This document shows, one piece after another, positions 1-9,521 of a stretch of 33,721 nt of DNA. The stretch is from a virus (Duplodnaviria; Caudoviricetes): positions 1-33,721 of the IMG/VR virus record IMGVR_UViG_3300032267_001530; one strand, given 5' to 3'. Position 1 is the first letter of the stretch. Each line of letters starts with the position of its first letter. Position numbers and translations under genes: made by a program. The notes beneath the pieces are model-generated. The model ran no database searches. It saw only the letters and a program-made list of their open reading frames with translations, and had not been told where the DNA came from.

Positions 1-1
1 A

Positions 2-196
2 ATCAGCGGCGTCAGCAACCTCCCTTACGACGGAGGAACGTATCGCCAAGCCCCGTACGAAGAGTGTACGGAAGAAGCGTACATTGCCCTCAAAGCTCAA
101 ATACCCGTCATCGATTGGACGACGCTCAAAGAAAACACAGACAACGTCGAAGGCGCGCAGCAACTAGCCTGTAGTGCCGGGTCTTGCGAGATTTAA
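2..196 (+). CDS. nrdJ: Class II (B12-dependent, RTPR/NrdJ-type) ribonucleotide reductase, C-terminal fragment, truncated by the window edge
   Basis: Not in the ORF track. Frame 2 reads ISGVSNLPYDGGTYRQAPYEECTEEAY...LACSAGSCEI*. It has the SGVSxLP and YxQAPYEE motifs and the C-terminal CxxGxC redox cysteine pair typical of phage class II RNRs. Confidence 0.85.
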   Translation: MSGVSNLPYDGGTYRQAPYEECTEEAYIALKAQIPVIDWTTLKENTDNVEGAQQLACSAGSCEI

Positions 197-220
197 AAAG
201 ATTCACATGGTGGTGAGTTT

Positions 221-245
221 GGGGAGCTTCGGCTCCCCTTTTTTT
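221..245 (+). terminator. Rho-independent terminator after the RNR gene
   Basis: Perfect 7-bp GC stem GGGGAGC-TTCG-GCTCCCC with a cUUCGg tetraloop, followed by T7. Confidence 0.9.
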
Positions 246-246
246 A

Positions 247-276
247 TGTTATACTGTCCAAAACAATACAAAGGAA
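247..276 (+). promoter_or_regulatory. Putative extended -10 promoter and RBS for the polymerase gene
   Basis: TGtTATACT at 247-255, immediately after the terminator. AAGGA at 271-275 precedes the ATG at 283. Confidence 0.5.
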
Positions 277-282
277 TCCACC

Positions 283-2199
283 ATGATCTATTCGATTGAC
301 TTTGAAACCCGTAGTAAAGCACCACTTAAAGATGTTGGGCTAGACATCTACGCCAACGACCCCACAACAGAAGTGTTGTGTATTGCGTACGGTATTGAGC
401 CGCATTCTGTAATTTGCGGCTCAATTTCTGAGCCGTATTTAAAACCCCTGTTAGACCACGTAGCCAACGGTGGCAAGATCCAAGCATGGAACGCCATGTT
501 TGAGTATGCAATTTGGAATTGTGTCTGTGTGCCTAAGTACGGCTGGCCTCCCTTAAAGCTAGAACAGTGTATTGACACCATGGCCATAGCCGCAGCCAAC
601 AACATCCCACAAAGCCTGGAAGATGCAGCCATTTTTATGGATGCCCACCACAAGAAAGACCCTATTGGCAAGAGGCTTATTCAAAAGCTTTCTAAACCTA
701 ATCTGAAGGGTGTCTTTAATGAAGACCCAGAATTGATGGCTCAGTTGTTTACATATTGCCAACAAGACGTACGTGCAGAGATGGCCATAGGAAGCGTTTT
801 AAGACCCCTTATAGACGCCGAACAGGACATCTGGACCCTCACCCAGCGGATCAACCTTAGAGGCGTTCCTGTGGACTCTAATGAGCTCCACAATGCCGTC
901 CTGGCTGTGGCAAGGGCACAGGATGCCATTGACAACGAATGCATCGCCTTGACCGGTTGTAAGCCGTCTGAGAGGGCTAAATTGTTGGAGTGGATTAATA
1001 AGAAAATCCCCCATGCACCCATGGCGGATTTAACAGCAGAAACCGTATTAAAAATGCTGCAGTGCAACATATTCCCGGTGATTAAAAAGGTGCTAGAATT
1101 ACGCCAAGAAGGAAGCCAAACTAGCGTGGCTAAGTACGCTAAGATGATGGAGGTTCAACGTGAAGGACGGATTAGGAATACATTGGTATATCATGGCGCT
1201 AGTACTGGCCGCTGGGCGAGCCGTGGTGGGCTCAATCTACAGAATATTGCCAGACCCACGATTGAAGATGAAGAGATTGAGCGAGCTATACAACGAGTCT
1301 TTGGACAAGGAATTGGCACAATGCGTGAGCTCTCGTCGCTCGTTCGATCGGCGATTGTATCCCCATTGGGGAAGACCTTCGTTGACGTGGATTTTAGCTC
1401 AATTGAAAACCGAGTTGGGGTTTGGCTCGCCGGACAAAACGACAAGGTGGCTCTCTTTCGGAAAGGACTGGATGAATACAAAGCCTTCGCTTCCAGCAGT
1501 CTTTACCAAATTCCCTACGAGGAAGTCACCAAAGACCAACGACAAGTAGCCAAGTCGGCGGTGCTTGGCGCTATGTTTGGTCAGGGTGCTAAGGGCTTGG
1601 TGAAGTATGCAGAAGGAATGGGAGTCACGTTGACCGAGGCAGAAGCTACGAATGCAGTAAGTAATTACCGTAGTTCGTATGCGAAGGTAAAGGACTTGTG
1701 GGGATCATGCGAAGCGGCTGCGATTGAAGCAATAAGAAATCCTGGCACTGCGTATAGTGCTGGAGACAAGTTGTCAATGAAGCGGGTAAAAGATACCCTG
1801 TGGATGAGTTTACCTAGCGGTAGATTGATCTGTTGGCAAAGACCACAGTTCGAGTTGTTGCCAATGGTTTTCGGTAAACAGCGTTGGGGTGTCACTGTCC
1901 ATAGTCAGAATACTGTTACTCGCCAATGGACTAGAAACATCTTGATTGGTAGCAGTATCTTCCAATCTGCCGTCCAAGGAACTGCTAGAGACTTCTTGGC
2001 TAACGCCATGATGAACTTGGAAGTCAACAATTACGAAATCATTAACTCGATTCATGATGAGGTGTTACTCCTTGTGGAAGAACAAAACGCAGAGTCTACG
2101 TTAGAAGATGTAATTTTAATTATGACCACACCACCAAAGTGGGCGCCAGACTTTCCACTAGCTGCAGAAGGCTGGGTAGGAAAACGTTACCGTAAGTAA
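283..2199 (+). CDS. Phage family A DNA polymerase (3'-5' exonuclease plus polymerase; SPO2/APSE-like)
   Basis: Exo motifs DFETRS, AWNAMFE and YCQQDV; TGRWAS; motif A DFSSIENR; motif B RQVAKSAVLGAMFG; motif C IHDE; C-terminal AEGWVGKRYRK. Confidence 0.95.
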   Translation: MIYSIDFETRSKAPLKDVGLDIYANDPTTEVLCIAYGIEPHSVICGSISEPYLKPLLDHVANGGKIQAWNAMFEYAIWNCVCVPKYGWPPLKLEQCIDTMAIAAANNIPQSLEDAAIFMDAHHKKDPIGKRLIQKLSKPNLKGVFNEDPELMAQLFTYCQQDVRAEMAIGSVLRPLIDAEQDIWTLTQRINLRGVPVDSNELHNAVLAVARAQDAIDNECIALTGCKPSERAKLLEWINKKIPHAPMADLTAETVLKMLQCNIFPVIKKVLELRQEGSQTSVAKYAKMMEVQREGRIRNTLVYHGASTGRWASRGGLNLQNIARPTIEDEEIERAIQRVFGQGIGTMRELSSLVRSAIVSPLGKTFVDVDFSSIENRVGVWLAGQNDKVALFRKGLDEYKAFASSSLYQIPYEEVTKDQRQVAKSAVLGAMFGQGAKGLVKYAEGMGVTLTEAEATNAVSNYRSSYAKVKDLWGSCEAAAIEAIRNPGTAYSAGDKLSMKRVKDTLWMSLPSGRLICWQRPQFELLPMVFGKQRWGVTVHSQNTVTRQWTRNILIGSSIFQSAVQGTARDFLANAMMNLEVNNYEIINSIHDEVLLLVEEQNAESTLEDVILIMTTPPKWAPDFPLAAEGWVGKRYRK

Positions 2200-3998
2200 C
2201 TTGGTTTTATTGCAGTTCTAAAATTAACTTTGGGCAATGATCCTATTGCGGAAGCAGGTTTACGTAATGGTGTTTGAGGCACAATAGGTTTAGGTTCAGG
2301 AGGCTTAACTACAGGCTTAACTACAGGCTTAACTACAGGCTTAACTACAGGCTTAACTACAGGCTTAACTACAGGCTTAACTACAGGCTTAACTACAGGC
2401 TTTGGTGTAGGTGTTGCTAAGTTACTAACAGGCAATCCGTTAGTTGGTGCCGGTGCAGGTGTAGTTGAATTTATAATTGCAGGGATTGTTGGGGTGATTG
2501 GATTGTTACCAGCTAGTAAGCCAGACAAACCACCACCGGTTGTCGGTGTAGCTGGTATTTGTCCACCTTGAGTGGCGTTTTGCTGCGCGGCGAAAGCTGC
2601 GTAAGCTGCATTTTGATCCGGATTGCGAATCCATGTACCATTTGCGTCAGTCGTACCTGCCCAAGGATCTAATGCGGTGGTTCTTGGGCCGTCACCAAGT
2701 GATGCTTGGTATTCAGCCAATGTAGCAGGCATCGGTTTGTATGGGGGCGGTGTTGTTGGAACAGTTGGATTGTTACCAGCCAATAAACCGGACAAACCAC
2801 CAAAACTATTGTCAGATGGCATAGCTCCCGAGTTTGGACCAGAAGGGACCCATTGGCCTTGGGTTTCGCTCCAAACCGTTCCAGGGGGAGGCCCGTTACC
2901 GGGCTCAAATTTACTTAAATTTGGTGATGGTGTTGCAACAGGATCAACAGGTGACATAGAACCACCCATTGTCGGTGAACCAGGGTATGCGCCTATTGTT
3001 GGCCCTATTGATCCACTGCCGGGATACACATATGGAGCTGGATCACTTGGGTTAGCAGCACCTATTACTTGTCCAGTAAAACCGCCGGAATAAAAGTGTT
3101 GCACAGAACCACCATTTGCTAAATGTTTAACTTTTTTTTTGTTTGACATTAAGTGCATGGCAGCAGCGTGGGCTTTTGACCGAGGTTTAACCTGACCACC
3201 TTCTGCCATAGCTGGTTTGTTTTTAAGGCTGTCTAAATAAGAATTAAGCGCTGTTGCGCCCATGCCAACAACTGTACCGCCAACACGAGCTATTGGATGA
3301 GGTATTAGTGAAGCAGCAGAACCAAGAGCGCCAAGACCACCAATCAATGCTCCACCATAATCACCTGTTTGAAAACGGTTATAAGCATCTGCTCCTTGAA
3401 AACCAGCTCCTGCTCCAGCAATACCGCGCCCAATAACTGCGGGTACTGTACCGCCCAAACCAGCGGCTCCAGCGGCTTTTAAGGACTGTAATGTAGGTGA
3501 AGCTGCAACACGACCGGCAGGAGCTGCTTTACTGGCAGCTTCAAAACTTTGAGGGATGGCTCCGGGTGTGGGTCCTTTAGGCACAACTTCAGGTGCCGTT
3601 AACGGAGCCCCTACAGTTGGGTTCGGTGGAACACCAAGAGGGTATTTAGTTTGCATAGCCATACGGTTTGCTTGCGGCATATCTCGACCGCCAAAAAACT
3701 CACCGCTGTGCATTTGGCGTGTCCAATTTTCTACAGCACCAAATTTACCACGAACAAAATCAGAAGCATCTTTTGGATTCCAACCACTTTTAATAAGTTT
3801 TTGGGTTTCCATAAACGCTTCAGAAGACTTATTAATTGCAGGCCCTAAAGCTTCAGCAACTAATGCACCGCCAAGAGTGGGCATTAGTGGATTTATTTGT
3901 TTATCTTCAGCAACAGATTTTTGTGATGAAGTTTGTTCTTGTTCTAAACGACGACGAAACTCAAACTCTTCTTGTTCTTGAGGTGTAATGTCTGCCAT
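2187..3998 (-). CDS. Putative internal virion/ejection-type protein with a hydrophobic Gly/Ala segment and a Pro/Thr-rich low-complexity tail
   Basis: 603 aa and the last gene of the late operon, after the SLT protein. Contains a GGALIGGLGALGSAASLI membrane-like segment, MAEGG/LANGG motifs and (KPVV)8. Function is inferred from position. Confidence 0.5.
   Translation of the reverse strand: MADITPQEQEEFEFRRRLEQEQTSSQKSVAEDKQINPLMPTLGGALVAEALGPAINKSSEAFMETQKLIKSGWNPKDASDFVRGKFGAVENWTRQMHSGEFFGGRDMPQANRMAMQTKYPLGVPPNPTVGAPLTAPEVVPKGPTPGAIPQSFEAASKAAPAGRVAASPTLQSLKAAGAAGLGGTVPAVIGRGIAGAGAGFQGADAYNRFQTGDYGGALIGGLGALGSAASLIPHPIARVGGTVVGMGATALNSYLDSLKNKPAMAEGGQVKPRSKAHAAAMHLMSNKKKVKHLANGGSVQHFYSGGFTGQVIGAANPSDPAPYVYPGSGSIGPTIGAYPGSPTMGGSMSPVDPVATPSPNLSKFEPGNGPPPGTVWSETQGQWVPSGPNSGAMPSDNSFGGLSGLLAGNNPTVPTTPPPYKPMPATLAEYQASLGDGPRTTALDPWAGTTDANGTWIRNPDQNAAYAAFAAQQNATQGGQIPATPTTGGGLSGLLAGNNPITPTIPAIINSTTPAPAPTNGLPVSNLATPTPKPVVKPVVKPVVKPVVKPVVKPVVKPVVKPVVKPPEPKPIVPQTPLRKPASAIGSLPKVNFRTAIKPSYLR
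2301..2402. repeat. Perfect 12-bp tandem repeat (AGGCTTAACTAC) x8.5, encoding (KPVV)8
   Basis: Directly visible with no mismatches between units. Confidence 0.97.
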
Positions 3999-5854
3999 TA
4001 TTTACCCTGACTTGCTTTCCATTTTTGATAACGTGCTTCTTTATCTGCATCATAATTAAACACAGCAGCCTTGTTTTGGGTTTGTGCCCCGCTTGGATTA
4101 GCTTCCAAATCTTTAGTAATATTTAACAAAGAATCACGGTGTTGCTGCACCAAAGCACGGTATTCTGGAGACTTTTTAAACAGTTGGAAATCTTGTGGCT
4201 TACCGGCTTGATAAGAATCTTCGTAAGCACGACCAACTTTGTCGTTAAATGTAGCACGGGCTTGCATAACTTGTTGAACACGACGCAACATATCCATACT
4301 GTTGGATGTTGATCCAGCAATTTGTTCAAACATTTGACGCTCAAAGTCAGACATTGCACCTTGACCGGAAGCCACTTTAGAAGCCTCAAGCGCATAACTC
4401 TTAAGAATCTGTTGTATTTCTTGACGGGCGTTAATTTCTTCTTTAGTCGCATTAGGCATAACTTTTTGGAATGCGTTTTCTAGTCCCTTAAAGCTAATTT
4501 GCCCAACAGGGGTAGTAAGACCTTCTGCAATTAGTCCTGCAACTGCACTAGTCATATCCGGATTATTTAGTAAGTTTACAATCCTTGGGTTATCTTTATA
4601 TTTAGTTGTTAGTTCACCTAAACGTTTAGCTAAATAAATTTGGTTATTTACACTACCCATTTCTGTAGCAGATTTAAATCCTTCAATTTCTTTTCTAGAT
4701 GCTTCAGCAGTTGTTTTAGCTTGTTCTTTTTGAAATGCTAAATTGGCTTCTGCTTGACCCATTGAAACACGTCCAGTAGGCGCAGCAACATTTTGTTCTT
4801 GACTACGATTTAATTGTGCGTTAGCTAGGCGTACGCGCCCAATGTATTCTTTTGTTTCTTGTGGCAATGAATTAAATGATGCTCCAGATTTTAACCACGC
4901 ATCTGTTTTACCTGGACCCATGTTGTAGGCAACAGCAGCTAAATCATCATTCTTATAACGATCTCGCATAGCGTTATAGTAGTCAACACCGACTCGTTTT
5001 AATTCTTCTGGGGATTTATCTTTAGCCGGTTTAACACCAAAACCAGGATCCGTTTGGGTGTTAGGCATTACTTGCATAACACCTTCAGCCCCAACACGAC
5101 TTACTGCCAACGGATTGTTGTTGCTTTCCACTTTTTGAACTGCTAATGGCGAAACTTGGTCAGCGGACTGTGCTTGGTTAAAAACAGCAACGTTTTGTTT
5201 ATTGTTAGGATCAGCCATTTTGGAGGCAAGATACAATGGTTTTTCGTCAATATTACCGTTTGCGTCTACGTATCTTGTAGGTTTCATCCATTCTGGACTT
5301 GCCATAATCTTAGCATTATCTTTAGCCCAGTCTGTGAATACTTTTTTCTTTTCTTCACTTGTTCCGGCTAATCGCATAGCTTGTTGTATTTCTGGAGGTA
5401 TTTGATAACCTGCTCCGCTACCAACTCCTCCTCCAGTTAATGATCCAAGTTCTTTATTTAATCGGTCTTGTTGCGCTTGACTAGATTTATATGCAGCCAT
5501 TTGTTGGCGCATACCAAATACTGATTCATCTTCTCGTTGCTGTTGTGCGTTAAGCATTGCTAAGGCTTGAGATGGCCCTTGTGCTCCGCCAGATCCCCAA
5601 GCAGAAGCACGTTCTAGACCACGCATAAATTGACTACCAGCGCCAGTGCGTTGATCAATCATGTCTTGCATATTGGCAAGCAACTCAGCAGTTTGTGTTG
5701 GGTCCATAGCAATGTTACCCACTGGAGTTAGCCCTCTTCCAGCAGCTTTAACTAAAGCGCCACTGCCACCTCGACCAGTATCTTGTACGTTGTCAGTATC
5801 TGCCGCTGAAGGGGTATCAGCGTTTGGTGTAAATTCTAATCCTGGAGTGTTCAT
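3998..5854 (-). CDS. Virion-associated lytic transglycosylase (SLT domain) ejection protein
   Basis: SLT motifs VESNNNPLAVS, GAEGVMQVMP, AYNMGPG and ETKEY inside a 618-aa helical protein. Confidence 0.85.
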   Translation of the reverse strand: MNTPGLEFTPNADTPSAADTDNVQDTGRGGSGALVKAAGRGLTPVGNIAMDPTQTAELLANMQDMIDQRTGAGSQFMRGLERASAWGSGGAQGPSQALAMLNAQQQREDESVFGMRQQMAAYKSSQAQQDRLNKELGSLTGGGVGSGAGYQIPPEIQQAMRLAGTSEEKKKVFTDWAKDNAKIMASPEWMKPTRYVDANGNIDEKPLYLASKMADPNNKQNVAVFNQAQSADQVSPLAVQKVESNNNPLAVSRVGAEGVMQVMPNTQTDPGFGVKPAKDKSPEELKRVGVDYYNAMRDRYKNDDLAAVAYNMGPGKTDAWLKSGASFNSLPQETKEYIGRVRLANAQLNRSQEQNVAAPTGRVSMGQAEANLAFQKEQAKTTAEASRKEIEGFKSATEMGSVNNQIYLAKRLGELTTKYKDNPRIVNLLNNPDMTSAVAGLIAEGLTTPVGQISFKGLENAFQKVMPNATKEEINARQEIQQILKSYALEASKVASGQGAMSDFERQMFEQIAGSTSNSMDMLRRVQQVMQARATFNDKVGRAYEDSYQAGKPQDFQLFKKSPEYRALVQQHRDSLLNITKDLEANPSGAQTQNKAAVFNYDADKEARYQKWKASQGK

Positions 5855-5857
5855 GAT

Positions 5858-6931
5858 TTATTCTTCTGAGTAATCAACACCGTTGTAGCCGTCATAACCT
5901 TCACCACCACCAGTGTCACCACCACCAGTGTCACCACCGCCGCCAGTATCAATAGAATTATCTGGACCAGTTGGTGAAGGACCATTATATATCCATGTTC
6001 CGTTTGGCGCTTTTGTCCAACCTGCATTTGGAACACCTTCATCATCTACCGGACTCATTCCTGTGTTCAACGCATCCTGAGTATTTTTGTCTTGACCATA
6101 GCTCCATCCAGCACCGCCAGGATTTTGCGCTGGGGTAAGACCACCGCTAATTCCAGTACCTTTAAGAAATCCAGATAGACCACCTTGAATACCTAAATTC
6201 TTTAACAGAGTATTAGTGCCAGCAACAGAACCACCAAGAGCAGAAGCAATAGAACCAATTTGATTAAGTGGCGATAGCTGTGTTGCGTTAGTAACAGTTG
6301 TTGGGGCATTAATACCACCAACAATTTTACCTAAGGCGGAAGCAGCTAATAGCGGGTCAGACTGTTGGGCTTGTCCCAAGTTAGTCATTGAAGTGATACC
6401 TTGTGAACCGACATTACCCATAGCGGAACCAGCTTGAACACCAGTTTGCTGGTTTTGTAATGCAGCTTGCATTTGAGCAGCATTTAAGTTAGCAAACGCA
6501 TCAGCTGTTGCTTTGTCAACAGCAGTTTGACCGCGTAGACTACCAAATTGTCCTGCACCAATTGAACTAGCAAGTGGTTGCGCTTGAACATTAGGCATTA
6601 ATTGATTAAGTTGTTGATTTTGAGCAGCAAACAAACCACCCATAGCTGTGCTCGTATCTGGCACTACATTACCAGAAGTATCTGTAATCCAGGGATTGGC
6701 AGCACCAGTGGCAATCTGCCCTAATGTGCCTTGAGCTTGTGTAAAAGGATTGGTATTGGGGTTACTAAGCTGATTGATGCCTTGACCAGCAACGGTATTT
6801 TGCAAACTAGGCACATTAGCTGCACCTTGGGTTGCTTGGTTTACAACGTTTTGCTGCGCGGTATCATACCACGTTGGCATCGTGGTAGATTGCGTTGCTG
6901 TATTTGATATGAAATTGCTTAGTCCGGCCAT
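5858..6931 (-). CDS. Putative DNA ejection/pilot protein (Gln/Ala/Gly-rich)
   Basis: 357 aa, Q/A-rich helical composition with a hydrophobic IGSIASALGG segment. Lies between other internal-virion-type genes. Confidence 0.5.
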   Translation of the reverse strand: MAGLSNFISNTATQSTTMPTWYDTAQQNVVNQATQGAANVPSLQNTVAGQGINQLSNPNTNPFTQAQGTLGQIATGAANPWITDTSGNVVPDTSTAMGGLFAAQNQQLNQLMPNVQAQPLASSIGAGQFGSLRGQTAVDKATADAFANLNAAQMQAALQNQQTGVQAGSAMGNVGSQGITSMTNLGQAQQSDPLLAASALGKIVGGINAPTTVTNATQLSPLNQIGSIASALGGSVAGTNTLLKNLGIQGGLSGFLKGTGISGGLTPAQNPGGAGWSYGQDKNTQDALNTGMSPVDDEGVPNAGWTKAPNGTWIYNGPSPTGPDNSIDTGGGGDTGGGDTGGGEGYDGYNGVDYSEE

Positions 6932-6932
6932 A

Positions 6933-8999
6933 TTATTTCTTCACTTTTTTCTTAGCTTCTAACAAATACCCTTTAACGCCTTTTGAATCTGGTGGCAGTT
7001 TTTTTGGGTCTGCTTTACGTTTATGTGCTCTAATCGTTTTCAAAAACTCATCTAAAACTTTAGCACCGCTATCGCTACTACCGTTACCTAAAGATGATAC
7101 CACATCAGCTGGAATTACAAACTCACCATTGGCAAGCATTGCTGGAATACTATCGCTTGTTCCATCACCACCACCTTTTAAGTAAGTGTGTTGTAGTGAA
7201 TTTAAACCACCCTCACTAAAGAACTCTGGGTTGTGTCCTTCAGGAGCATTTTGAATTGCACCACCCTCAGCAGCTAACTTCCACTCTTGCCCAAATGGAT
7301 AACCTGGCAAAGCATAATTAATTTTGCCTTTAATAATTTGTGGCTTAAGCGCCATAATGCTTTGATTACCACCACCTAAAAATGGTGATGCTGCTGTTGT
7401 GCTTAAATCATAAACGCCTTGCCCAGAGGTGTCGGGTGTGCTGCCAGTAGCCATGTGTTGCACAGCGCCACCAGAGGCCATACCTTCTTGGGGAGCAATT
7501 TCACCAAACAAACTATACTCTGGGTTTCCAGAAGAAGTTGATTGGGTTAAGTTACTGCCGTAAGACGTACCTAATCCAGACAAACCTGATGTGTCAGTAG
7601 CGCCGGATGGTGTTGTACCAGAGGATGTTTTGCCGGTTGTACCGCGAATAGCTCTAGTTTGAGCTGCACCTTTTCCTAAACGAAGACTTAATCCGCCTTT
7701 TGTTCCCCCCGCACTTGGATCTTCATAGTCCGTGGCTTCTGTAAAGTCAACTACTTCGCCATTTTCGGGATCGTATGTTAGCGTTGAACCGTCATCAAAA
7801 GTACTAATTACGTGACCGTTTTCATCTGTTGTTGTGCCAAGTACACCACTAAAGTTATTAGTTGGGGGAGTACTCGGTTCTTGTGGAGTACTCGGTTCTT
7901 CCGGAACATTTGGCCCTGTGGGTTCACCACCCGTTGCGTCAATTGGGGAAGATTCTTTTAATGGATCTACGTAGGGCTGCTCAGCTTTAGTAAGTTCGGA
8001 CGCATGTGGAAGCAATGCATCATATGTTGCTTGATCAATTTCTCCGTCACCTAGTTCTTTATCTAAATCTTCTTTAGATATAGACGCATAAGTTATTGGA
8101 CTTGTTGTGCCAATGGCATCAGAAGCCGGTGCACCCTCTACTGTTACATGTGCTCCAGCAATAGGATTAGAAACTTTTGGATTTTGACCTTCAATAGTTC
8201 CTTTTGCAATTGCTGCGGCTTCTTCTTGCGTAAAGCCTTCGTCAATAGCATCTTTAAAAATTTTAGAATTTAAAATTTCGTCTTTAGATGCTGCGGCATC
8301 TTTGTATGCAGTGTATTGTTCTGCGTTAGGATCAAAGTTTTTAGCAAGATCCGCAGCTTTATTAGCTTCAACACCAGCATTAACACCATCTTGGAAAATA
8401 CGACCTTGAACTAATTGTTTAGCATCTTCAGCAGCCAAGCCGTTATCACGAACAGCTTGATCATACATTCCTTTGTAATCAAAATTACGAATTTCACCGG
8501 CCATTGCGCCGGTACCAGCACCAATAATAGAATTTCCTAAGCTGCTACCAATGGCTTTGTTTACATCACCACCTTGGATGGCAGCACTAGCTGCGCTACC
8601 CAAAGCTTTATCGGCCATAAAATTGCCAGTGCTAACATCTAGATTGCTAGTAATACCTTGGGTCGCCATACTGACAGCCAAGTTTTGGGCAATTGCCGCT
8701 GGATCGGCCCCTTGTGCCAGTTGCAAACCAGTATTAAGAACCATTGCTGCTTCAGCAACAGTTGCGCCCTCCCATAATAACGGAGCAAGTTCCGGAGCCA
8801 CAACCGCTACAGCAATTAACGGAATTGCTTTAGCAGGGTCTTTAGCAATTGCCTCTACTGTTTTTCCAACGGCTTGACCAATTTCCTCAACAGCGTGACC
8901 AACTTCACTAACGGCGCTTTCAATAACGTCACCAACGTCACCAACAACTTCGGCAATAGGGTCAATTACGTCTGATACAACTTCTGCAACGGCGCCCAT
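6933..8999 (-). CDS. Putative internal virion protein with a C-terminal GDGTSDSIPAMLxNGEFV domain
   Basis: 688 aa. Acidic amphipathic N-terminus followed by a hydrophobic segment (AIPLIAVAVVAP). The C-terminal GGGDGTSDSIPAMLANGEFVIPADVV motif is familiar from phage tape-measure and internal virion proteins. Confidence 0.6.
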   Translation of the reverse strand: MGAVAEVVSDVIDPIAEVVGDVGDVIESAVSEVGHAVEEIGQAVGKTVEAIAKDPAKAIPLIAVAVVAPELAPLLWEGATVAEAAMVLNTGLQLAQGADPAAIAQNLAVSMATQGITSNLDVSTGNFMADKALGSAASAAIQGGDVNKAIGSSLGNSIIGAGTGAMAGEIRNFDYKGMYDQAVRDNGLAAEDAKQLVQGRIFQDGVNAGVEANKAADLAKNFDPNAEQYTAYKDAAASKDEILNSKIFKDAIDEGFTQEEAAAIAKGTIEGQNPKVSNPIAGAHVTVEGAPASDAIGTTSPITYASISKEDLDKELGDGEIDQATYDALLPHASELTKAEQPYVDPLKESSPIDATGGEPTGPNVPEEPSTPQEPSTPPTNNFSGVLGTTTDENGHVISTFDDGSTLTYDPENGEVVDFTEATDYEDPSAGGTKGGLSLRLGKGAAQTRAIRGTTGKTSSGTTPSGATDTSGLSGLGTSYGSNLTQSTSSGNPEYSLFGEIAPQEGMASGGAVQHMATGSTPDTSGQGVYDLSTTAASPFLGGGNQSIMALKPQIIKGKINYALPGYPFGQEWKLAAEGGAIQNAPEGHNPEFFSEGGLNSLQHTYLKGGGDGTSDSIPAMLANGEFVIPADVVSSLGNGSSDSGAKVLDEFLKTIRAHKRKADPKKLPPDSKGVKGYLLEAKKKVKK

Positions 9000-9463
9000 T
9001 ATGAACCCATCCTTTGTTTATCTAATATCAAAGTGATGCTGTAGCCACCGTCTTTTGTTTTACCTACAGCGTATCCCATGTTGGTGTTACCTTTAGCCTG
9101 TTCATCACGAGCAACCATCTTAAAAAGTTTTAAAATTGCAGGATCAGTAAACTGAACTTTTAGCGCAGCAAAACCATCTTCCATTGCTTTTGCAGTAAAT
9201 TGTTTACTGTTTTCTATATAGTTTTCGGCAATATCAGCATTAAGGGCGCGAAAGATACCAAATTTGGGGTCTTGTTCAGAAGGGTGAATAACAAAAAGAG
9301 TGTTACCAAATCTGTATAATTTCGAATTTGGAAAACCTAATTCTGATACAAACATTAAATAAACTTGTTTAAAAGAATAAGGCGAATGAGTATTTTCAGC
9401 CGCGATCTTGACAATCTCGTCTGTACCTAATTGTTGTTGTCGGCTGTCAACCATTTGACTCAT
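8999..9463 (-). CDS. Hypothetical protein (position analogous to T7 gp13/P22 gp14 assembly factors)
   Basis: 154-aa alpha/beta ORF, coupled to the next gene (TAATG) and preceded by the repeated promoter-like motif. Confidence 0.55.
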   Translation of the reverse strand: MSQMVDSRQQQLGTDEIVKIAAENTHSPYSFKQVYLMFVSELGFPNSKLYRFGNTLFVIHPSEQDPKFGIFRALNADIAENYIENSKQFTAKAMEDGFAALKVQFTDPAILKLFKMVARDEQAKGNTNMGYAVGKTKDGGYSITLILDKQRMGS

Positions 9464-9479
9464 ATTAAACCTTTATGTT

Positions 9480-9517
9480 CTACATATACTAATGCAAAGA
9501 TTAGTACTTTTTCGCCC
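9480..9517 (-). promoter_or_regulatory. Putative phage late promoter, copy 1 (GGGCG...TCTTTGCATTAGTATATGTAG)
   Basis: The 21 bp at 9480-9500 are identical to 16417-16437, and CGCCC lies at the same 33-nt offset. It is intergenic and upstream of a - strand gene. Confidence 0.75.
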
Positions 9518-9521
9518 TAAA

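Noticed and set aside
326-2055. Short antisense and alternate-frame ORFs inside the polymerase gene (and similar ones opposite the structural genes)
   Set aside because: They are shadow ORFs of well-supported genes, with no motifs or initiation signals.
5903-5945. Short 15-bp repeat encoding GGGDT (and an 18-bp EPSTP repeat at about 7867-7901)
   Set aside because: Only two to three copies in low-complexity linkers; this is ordinary slippage with no further structure.
6933-7200. Tape measure protein call from the SDSIPAMLxNGEFV motif
   Set aside because: The protein lacks TMP-type helical repeats, and no tail tube or chaperone genes are present. The context is podoviral internal proteins.
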